From Klebsormidium nitens (lineage: Eukaryota > Plantae > Klebsormidiophyceae), in assembly GCA_000708835.1 (NCBI GenBank), contig DF237374.1, positions 1 through 64,000 on the forward strand: a DNA stretch of 64,000 bases, given 5' to 3'. A model generated the notes under the pieces. That model had not been told where the DNA came from and did not search any database. It was given only the letters and a program-made list of their open reading frames with translations. Shown one piece after another: positions 55,210-64,000 of this stretch; within the stretch, counting starts at the first letter, position 1; each line of letters begins with the position of its first letter. A program made the position numbers and the translations under genes.

Positions 55210-55562
55210 GAGGCGTTTTACATGAGAGGTGGGTTGCCGACGGTAAGTGCTGACTTACCGCGCACTGTCGCGACTAAACTTGTACCGCCCAGACTTACCG
55301 TGGCCTCGTTGCGATCGGCGTTTTACATGGTCCGAAGGTAAGTCGATGGTAAGTCCCGATCGAGGACAAATCCGCACTCATTTCGGACTTACCACGACTT
55401 ACCACGACTTACCTCATCGATTTCGATGAGTTAAATCGGGGCCTGCTTTACCGTCGGTAAAGTCGACTTACCACGGTAAGTCGCTACCATGTAAAAGGCA
55501 AGTCGTGGTAAGTCCGAAAATCGACTTACCGTCGGGACTTTAACCTCCATGTAAAACGCCTC
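55210..55562. mobile_element. 353 bp PIF/Harbinger-like MITE with many internal GGTAAGT/ACTTACC repeats
   Basis: 15 bp perfect TIRs GAGGCGTTTTACATG (55210-55224; 55548-55562) flanked by an AAT direct repeat (55207-55209; 55563-55565). Inner TIR-like copies at about 55317 and 55488. Confidence 0.88.
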
Positions 55563-56399
55563 AATGTCATGTCACGAGGGAAGCTGCTTTTAGGGTTTCG
55601 TGCAAGCCCAGCGCTGTAGCCTGTACAGCGACAGCTGGCTAGCTGGGCTTTGGCCCTCCGGGCACGACAGCTGGCATCCTGCATAAGTGGCGTAAACCTG
55701 TTCTCGCCGTCTGCAACGCGCGGGTTGCCGGCCGCGGCGAGGGCGGCCGCCGCACATAATGCGCCGACCCAGTGGGGCGACCTCTGGAGAACTTCGGAAT
55801 CGCTTCATTGGGCGAACAATAGAGTACAAATGCAACTACGTAAAGTACTAAGATGACGCAACCAAGAGACGTCTTTGCCTTCAATTAAAGACCTCAGTGG
55901 TACATCATGGCGCCATAATTGTGCCATTTCACGATCGAGGTCAAAAATATGGACACTGAGACCACATTGAGACATCTTTCATGGTGTGATCGCCATGTTC
56001 ACGTATGATTTGTCGAGATAGCTTGCCACATCCAATTTTCTCGCCAAATGCACTACCAGCTAAGTGTGAAGAAGCCCACAATCTTGACAACTAGAGAATC
56101 TGCGGGGAATTGCGGTCAGATATGAAGTCGATCGAGTAATGTATAAAATGCGTGACAACCACACGGCTGTCAGCTCAGGGAAGATACGCAACGGGATTCA
56201 CGTTACTCTCAGCTCAAGACGTTCTGGGTTTCATTGTGATGATGATATTGAATTGCACAATACTCTAAACCTGCCATTAGTCGAAAGACACGTCTGCGGG
56301 ACAATGGGACACTCGATTTGGCAATCAGATTCTCGAGACGCCGTTTTGTCGTCGTACATGCACTTTAAGTTTGATACGCTGTCAAAGGTCTGAGAGTGG

Positions 56400-59300
56400 T
56401 GTCTCGGGTCTGATCTACAAACAATTTCTGCAAGTGAACGTAGTGAATACTAAAAGCTCGAAAAACCGAAGCCGTCTGGCCTGCAGATCACGAGCAAATC
56501 TGAACAGTTTCAAACGCAAAAACTTTCTATGAAAGCCAATGCTTGTGTCCGCACTTCTGAGAGCACTAGCTGTTCCACTAGAGTGATCTTCTTCCTTCAG
56601 TGTATCCCTCTCTCCCGGTCGATCAGAGATTTTGTACGCATCGCCCCCGGCTCGTTTCTCATCTGGAAGAACTTTTGCACGAGGCCAGCCGGCTGCGCTG
56701 CAGGCGAACCTCCTCGTGCAAAAGCTTTCCTGCAAGTCAAGGCTTGATACTTTTAGAATGCTGTGACTTGCCACCCTGACCAATTTTGCAGTAACTGAGA
56801 AAGGTGTGATATTGTTGCCAAAAAAACTGAGGAACGAAAGAGGTCACAATGATAGGCATCCGTTGCAGACGACTCAAAGACGGCATATTCGTGAAGACAA
56901 CGGTAATCGCGTTTTAAAAGACGGGCCAGAGTTATGGGAATACAGTAGTTATTCCTATTTCGTTGGAAAAAATAGGCCGAACTTGTAGGAATACGGAGGT
57001 GCTTTCAAGAAAGAGTTGATGAATGCATTTGAAATTTTGCCTGTCACATCAGGCGTGGTGCCATTCTGGTCAGAAAAAGTGCGCATCTTATTTGTCAATT
57101 TCTTCGTTTCAAGGCTACGGGGATCCAATGCACCCGGCAAGAAGTACTCACCCAGATGGGAGATGTTTGGAAGATAAAGATCGCTTCCTAGCAGCTCAGG
57201 TTCATGACCCCTACCAGCCCAGGACGTTTTGCTGAAGGGGCATTGGAGGCCTGAAGCAGAAAGACAAAATAGGTCAGGAAAAGGCAACAAGATTGCCTGT
57301 TCGTGTATTAAGGGTATTTAATACACGAAGGTTGGACCGATTTCAACAAACTTGTGTACAAGGGCTCTCCGACTTTTCTGGCAATGCTGACGGCTATGCG
57401 GCCGAATTGCCTTGGCATCAGCTTTCTGCAAGAACTGTTAGCTAGACCTGGGATACATAATACTCTATCATCATCTCACCACTTTGGCAGGAGAAAGGCA
57501 AGGCTTCCATTGACGTGACAACTCTTACACAAGTAGGACTTGTCTTGCAGGGTCTGACGTGAGAAACCTGGCAAGAATCCTTAGAAGAAGAGAAATCTGA
57601 TCAGAGAGGACTACAAATGTTCTTCGGGGTAGAGGGTTTCTGTTCAGATGTCTCGTCAAAGAGCAAGCAGAAGGAGAAAGACAAAGTTTTACTGAAGACG
57701 ACTGAAATGAAGGTTCCTCAGACCAGCCTTCATATTAAAACCCCGAGTGTTCGTGGCGTTTCTGGGGACTCTTTTTATATCTGAAAGGCACTTGTGAAAA
57801 GAGGTCGAAGAGACACCAAGAGATTAAAGCTCACCTCGCCCTGCCGAGCATCTTCAGAGAACTCTCCGGCACTGCGGTCGCTCCTGTGGCCTTTGACGCG
57901 CGTCATGGCGCACGGCAGGCCTAGCCCTTCGTCCGCCCGTTCTTGAATCTGAAGTCTGCTTCTGAACGCTCGAAGGTGGAATGAAGATTGAAAGCGAAGG
58001 GTGGTCATATGGGAATTTGATTCTGCATTTCTGAGCGCCTGGGTGTGCAGTTTTATACCTGTGAAAACGTACACTTGCTGCCAAGGGCAAACGTACATGA
58101 TGGAGCACCCACCGGTGGGGTACCTATGAGAGGCGCTGCAATAAGTATCCAAAATTGCTTTTGGCAAAGCAACTTCGAACGGACCCTTGGCTTTTGAATG
58201 AACCAGCACGATCCGAGAAAACCGGAAGGGGACAAAACATAGGCGGTCGTCACATCACAGCAGTAAAAGATCATTGCACAAGAAACGTGTCTCTCTCGGT
58301 TGCCTGTGGTGAAGCATCGAGAAACTTTTGATGTGACTAACGGCTCTGAAGGTCTAGAAAAGCACGGGCCGAAACAGTGGTCTGCGCAGAGAAGGAAGAA
58401 CGCGAGTCATCGGAAAGGTACATTCAGATAGAATTATGAGGACAAGATCACCTCGCGTCATTGGACGTGACTACTCCAGCCAGAAAACCAGTGCCTTAAG
58501 AGTAGTCTTCGCCAAGGAATCATATGTCGACGCCACAACCTTGTCAGATATCGAATTGCTGCGCCTGCAGCTGGTGATCTCATTGCCAGGCAGCCACAAA
58601 ACGTTTACGTCATCTGCTGCAAAATGAACGACGGGATTTTCGGAGCAATGAATAGTAGGTCAAACCTGCAGCTGACTTTATGATATAGTACGACCTAAAT
58701 CATTTGTGTGTGACGCTCACACACTACCATTGATTCAATTGATGTTCGAGAAGAGCTCGACCAGTTGAACTCGCGTACATACGACTCGCACAGTCTCCCT
58801 TGGGATCTATGATTAAGAGGCTCTTGATGTTGCTTAACGAGGTATTGAGCCAGTGGAGGTCAACAATGCCGTCGAACTTCAGTGAAGTCATCCGATCCCG
58901 AGGATTCTCATGTTGAACACACTGGTTCACAGTACAGTATAGCCAAGTTGTGAGGTCACATACAAAGATTAAAGAAAGAACAACCCACATCCTAAGGCTT
59001 CCTTTTCCTAATGCTGGATACGAAGAGGAAGGAAGACGTGACTTCCCGGAAGATGAATTGACATGCGAGGCTTTGAATTGTCCAGACTGATCCGCGCTCT
59101 CTGCTTGGCGACCCACGACTCCGGCTCCTCTTGATTTTGGAATGCTTCGGCAGATTATCGATCTCGGCGCACTTGCATGATGGCGGGCTCAAGAAGACCT
59201 GAGGTTGATTAATGCCCCCTTTCGGATCTGCGCCGGCCGCCCGCGATGCTACTTGGCTCCGAGCCTCCTGTTGTGAAGCAGACGGCATGGCACAAACCCC

Positions 59301-60050
59301 GAACCCCTGAATCCTCTCGCGCTTCATCCTACAGCTCGATCGGAAGCCCAAAACGACCCTATTACTGAGGCTGTCGCCCATCCGGTCAGCTCCCAAAAAG
59401 ATTCGAGGCCAATATTGCTCTCGGCGTCGGGAAGGGAAGTCAGGGTAGGAACGGAAGCGGAAGCTGGATTGGAGAAACGATTGTTACGCAGCCTGTGATC
59501 ACTCAGCCAAGCGGTAGCGCTGCGTGAGCGACTCAACGACAAAATAAAATCGTCGTTGACAGAGCCGGCTAATGCAGCAATTAGCTTAAGTGTGACATCT
59601 GCAATTTATTTACATGCAGCCATATAACGCCCTCGCCACAGGTCGCATCCGAGAAGCAGCCGTTACGTCTAGAGGCTCAAGTTGCTTGGTCCTTGTCAGG
59701 TCAGCTCAGCCGTGCCGTTCACGTTGTATAAGGGTCTCCGATAGGCAATCGGCTTTGAATCTTTCTCATCCTGTAAGAGGCCAGAGAGATCGGAAATTGC
59801 TGTTTATCAAGCATAGAGTTTAGTGGGTAGTAGCCATCAACAGATTATATACACGCGCGGACTCGCAAGAGTGATGATGCAAGATGTGGCGCTCCAATTC
59901 CTCGCAGCGCATGCTGGCCGTAGCCGAGATAATCGTTCACTTCAGACAAATGCTGAACAATGTCACTGTGGTGATACTATATTGAGCTGAGCGGATGTGC
60001 GATGATGCAGCTCCTTGGTTCTGCATGGGAGCGCGGAGGATCGCGATCGC
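56400..60050 (-). pseudogene. Probable degenerate multi-exon gene of unknown family
   Basis: A series of acceptor/donor-like sites (ctgcag|, gcgcag|, |gtgagc, |gtgaga) surround protein-like segments, e.g. FLCNDLLLL*CDDRLCFVPFRFSRIVLVHSKAKGPFEVALPKAILDTYC and FDGIVDLHWLNTSLSNIKSLLIIDPKG. Every frame carries stops or shifts and I found no intact model. Confidence 0.3.
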
Positions 60051-60505
60051 GCACTGCACCTGCAGCCGCTGTATGATGGATCATGATCCCTACCAATGCA
60101 GCTCCGCCAGTTAATCTGATGCAAGGACACATGCATCGACACACTATGCTGAAACGGCCGCAGTGTACAATGAGCCCGTGTGACTTCAATAAAACTTTTG
60201 CCGCTGAATTACAATCATTGAACACCGTTTCAACATACAAGTCGCGGTGCATTCAAGCGCATTACATTGCGGCTGAGCATGCGGAACAGTACGAAAGGTG
60301 CCTGAATCCCTGTCTATCTACTGAAGCCGACTCGGCCCAGTGTATCAATCAATTTGTATCTTTCGTTAGCGAGATGCTATGCATCCTTACTCAAAGCCAG
60401 TAAGCAGCAACGACAATGATCAACTTCGTCGACGTGTGATCAACATGTTCAAATGGCTGACAACCCGCCTGGCAAGCCAATTCTGATTTCTTCCATCACG
60501 GACGA

Positions 60506-63500
60506 TCAGTCTATGCCTAGGTCAAACGAGGGAGCATCGAAGTCGGCTTCTCTCTGTAATCGGGCTCGTTTTCTAATCCGCAATAAGCCCTCTGGCGATC
60601 GATCGCTGTCATCACTATCTGAAGAGGACTGACCGCTGCCGTCTCTTCCGATCCTGGACGAGGGTTCAACATCGAGCCTTGCCTTCAGCTCCCCGAGTGC
60701 CTTGGCGAAGGAACCTTGGGCGGGAACAATCTTGGCCGACGGGTGTACCGACCGTATTACGCCGGCTGCGGATGCCTCTGCGGCTTCCTCGTCCTGCAAT
60801 GAACGGAGCGGACGGCGTCAAGGGTTGGCGCGAGACCAGTTCCAGCGATCAATATAGGAGCGTAGATAGCGGAGAGGTTCGGCTGCACAGGTTTAATGAG
60901 GGACAGAGGCCGCATTCTGCGCCTCTATCCTGCCTTGTCGATTCTTCGTCTCACTTTGGAAGCAAAAGGTTGTACTTGCAGAAAAAGTTGACCCTTTCAG
61001 TGACCATAGAACGTGCAGTTCTTTTCTGACTGATGTTGACACCGGCTGAAAAACCGCAGTCGCTCTTTCTGGATCAGGCTTACCAGCGATTCTTCGATGA
61101 GCCGTCTCCCAAACTCGGTCTTCTTCAGCTCATCGACGTCTTCGAACTGGGGGATCAGTCGCCTGCACCATGCAGAGAGGTCAGCAAGTGATGCTTAACA
61201 GAACGAAACTTCGTTTTTGCCATTTCTTTTCTCGCGTGCTTTTGCAAACAGATTGAGCGGTCAACATCCAATGCAGGTGCAGCAAGGATCCGCAGACGAT
61301 CTTCTGGTCAACAAGCAGGTGGTAAGTCCGCAACATTTACCTGACGGCCGTGCAGCCTTCCCCGTGCCTGCTCTCAAGGTAGTCCTCCATCATGATGCGC
61401 GCTTCCCTGACCAGCTTGCCCAGATTGGGCCGCCAGCGGTCGGTCGCGACGCCGAATGCCGAACCCAGGACTCGACCTGCTCAGCGGAACGGCTTGTTAC
61501 AAGAGCAGAAAAGGGCGGCTAAGCAGCAGAGGCGTTGGAGCCCGAAAGAATTCGTCATCGCCTTTACGAATTTGGCACCCCGTAAGGTCTGGCTCATAAT
61601 CCACACACGGCTCAAAGACAAAAGTTCAGTTTTTACTCGGAGTTTATCAGAGGGGCAAGAGAACCGGAAATGGCCCGCCCCAAAAGGAATGAATTGCAGA
61701 CTACCAATAAGCTTAAAAAGACGAGGGGATCAGTGTAAGGCAGTCACTTACACATCTTTGAGTCAAGGAACGCCTGTCTGTGGGCTGCGGTCGAGTCAAA
61801 CGTAGACAGCCTGTACCGGGAGTACCCAATCCAGTAGTCCTGGAGCCTGCATGGCCGAGAGAGCAAGTAGAATCAGATTAATGCTTTGCTGGACAATTAC
61901 CAGCAGCAAGCAGTGGACGGCACCGCGTCTCACAGCACAAGCTGTTCAAGGTATACGAAGAAGGAGAGCGAGAGCTGCGGAGAGGCCGCAGGACCTTGCA
62001 GAAGCGCTTACCCGAAGTTGGCGGCGTCCAGCGCGTCTTCCATAGCGCGCGAGCACAAGTCCAGGGACGGTCGGTCACCATCCACTTCTGTCTCTCGACC
62101 TGATGGACTCTCGATGTCGCTATCATCGAGAGACGCTGTGGTGAAGAGAGAAACCCCACCGTGAGAAAAGAAAAGCTTCCACTTCAATGTCAAAGAAGAT
62201 GCAGACTGCTAGTAATCTTTCTGCAAGTGGAGATTCTGAGATAGCCACAACGGCAACAAAGTTCTTTAGGCGTCGAAAGTCCCAGAAAACCTTCTTTCTC
62301 GTCCTGTTACTAAGAGCATTCAGGATTGAAGAGACCAATCTTGTATGCCGGCGTTGACACCTCTAACCGACTTTTGGTAGATTTTGTGCCCGGATCCTGT
62401 CTTGGATGAACGGATGAATTGTCTGTAGCCTTGTTGACCGCAAGAGACGATCCGAGGGGCCCACTTTTGAACTGCAAAGCACTCCCAGGGGTTTCGAAGA
62501 GCATACCTGAACTGGACTCCTCAGGCCTGCTGCACTTTTCCGGCTGCCGCCTTGCCCCGGTACCCTCGCCCTGACCGGTACGAACCGCTGCTTCATGTAC
62601 GGCCGCCTCCTCAGCCAGCGCCTCAGCCAACGAGCCTTGCCCCCTGGGACCGAGAAAGTCAAAGATGGTGGACGAGGCTGCCTCACAACTGCCCGCTGGC
62701 GTTTCTGAGGCTCTACTGGCCGGTAAGCTCATCAGCTGCTGGGTGGCGGCCTCGACTCCGTGTCTTTTCTCCAGGGGACCAAGGAAAGGGCCGTCTTGTG
62801 GGGAAGGGCGACCGGTTGGACTGGCTAGCACGGGCTCTGGAGAGGCGGACGGCTTGGGCTCGGAGGGCGGGGGAAGGAGTTGGGGCTGCGGCAGGACGGG
62901 GGGAACTTCCAGGCCGGGCAGTGGTGCTGAAGCCGGACGATAGGCCAGTGGTGTCCTGAAAGGATGAACATGGAATCACAGAAGTGCAGGGGTCCTCGGG
63001 CTTTCGAATAACCACAGGAAAGGTAACAGGAGTTTTGAAGCAGACTCGAAAAGTTGAAAGAAGACAGCGAACTTTTTGAGGTCATCAAGAGGAAAGGAGA
63101 CATGACGAACAGCATGACGGCAGGCACTCCCTTAGAGTGATGAGGATAAGAAGAGCGCTGTCTGAAAGAAAGGAAAAGCAGATTTGACACGAAGCTTGGT
63201 GATCCTCACTCAGTAAATCTCGCTCAAAAAAGGATCCCCGGCGAGCCTCGGGCACAACTGAATAATAAGTCCGGAAAGCTAGCAACGCTATACCTTCGTA
63301 TGCAGGTCAGCAGCTCCTTCCACATGGGGCACGTTTGCAGGTTGGGAGCGCAGCCGATGATGAGCAGATGGTTCCGGGCCCGGCTCATGGCCACGTTCAG
63401 CCGGTGAGGGGAAGCCAGGAAGCCGATGCCGTTAGTGCGGCAGCACGACCTGCAGGCAATGAAGGAAGTCTTTCAATTTTCAAGGGATTACTTTCATAAC

Positions 63501-63808
63501 GATCGCAGCTTCTGAGACACCCAGAGGACGTCTAGCTCGGCAAGTGCGTTAGGTTTCCAACAAGAAGCCAGCGTCTAGCTGCAACGCACGCAATCATTTC
63601 CGGCGATCAGCGACAGAAGACGTGTTGAGGCAGGATGAGCTGCTTACAGGATGATGATGTCCTTCTCCATCCCCTGAAATGCGTCGACTGTCGAGACCTG
63701 GACGAAGTCGCTCAGCTGATCCTCGTCCTCGAGAGCAGCCTTACGACGGCGCTTCTTGGGCTGAGTGCCGCTCTGAAGCTCCGACAGCAACGAGTTCAGC
63801 TTGGAAGC
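60506..63808 (-). CDS. 3' portion of a ZGRF1/Upf1/Sen1-like superfamily-1 helicase; the 5' part lies beyond the right edge of the window
   Basis: Exon 63808-63648 (ASKLNSLL..PKKRRRK..VQVSTVDAFQGMEKDIIIL, motif V) joins in phase to exon 63449-63294 (SCCRTNGIGFLASPHRLNVAMSRARNHLLIIGCAPNLQTCPMWKELL, motif VI). From memory this is closest to ZGRF1 (QVSTVDAFQGAEKEIIILSCVRT). It then continues through low-complexity exons from 62955 (donor uncertain), ~62145-62011, ~61478-61346, ~61162-61084 and ~60793-60506. Confidence 0.85.
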
Positions 63809-64000
63809 CTGCAACCACGATTGATTGGTATCAGTTCTTACAGCCTGCTTCTTCTACACTTCTTCGTGTGTAGAAGCCGAACGAGCAAGCTCAGACATGT
63901 CTTTGCCAACGGGGATTTCCAAATGGTTCCCTCTTGTTCGATTCACAAAAACGAGAGAACATCGGTTTGCCTTCTGGTACGAAGGAGCATCTGGAACTTA

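Noticed and set aside
55639-55884. 81 aa ORF with a signal-peptide-like hydrophobic start
   Set aside because: TTG start with no in-frame ATG and no recognisable domain. It may be a fragment of the adjacent degenerate gene.

Overview
Intron-rich eukaryotic nuclear DNA, most consistent with a streptophyte green alga such as Klebsormidium (inference from the plastid-targeted leucine-pathway enzyme, plant-type gene families and GC-rich exons). I assembled the spliced genes by hand from splice sites and reading phase. From left to right: an unidentified degenerate coding remnant (about 330-1550, minus); an intronless ORF with giant-virus-like IQ/YRPGG motifs (2564-3292, minus); a 16-exon Adp1-like ABCG half-transporter with an extended EGF/TIG-like ectodomain (4277-17638, +); a membrane-anchored alpha/beta-hydrolase-like gene (20201-27925, +); an SMP plus three-C2 synaptotagmin-like gene (30242-40942, minus); plastid 3-isopropylmalate dehydrogenase (42391-48278, +); a DHHC palmitoyltransferase (49187-54384, minus); a probable pseudogene (about 56400-60050, minus); and the 3' part of a ZGRF1/Upf1-like SF1 helicase (60506-63808, minus, running off the window). 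There are two PIF/Harbinger-type MITEs and a G-rich hairpin repeat family. Two window-wide signals are not explained by the gene list. (1) About 19 exon boundaries in all five complete spliced genes have decayed tandem copies ('echoes') of the splice site plus exon edge in the adjacent intron. (2) The palindrome TGACGTCA occurs at least 19 times where about 1 is expected, in exons, introns and intergenic DNA. All counts are by eye.
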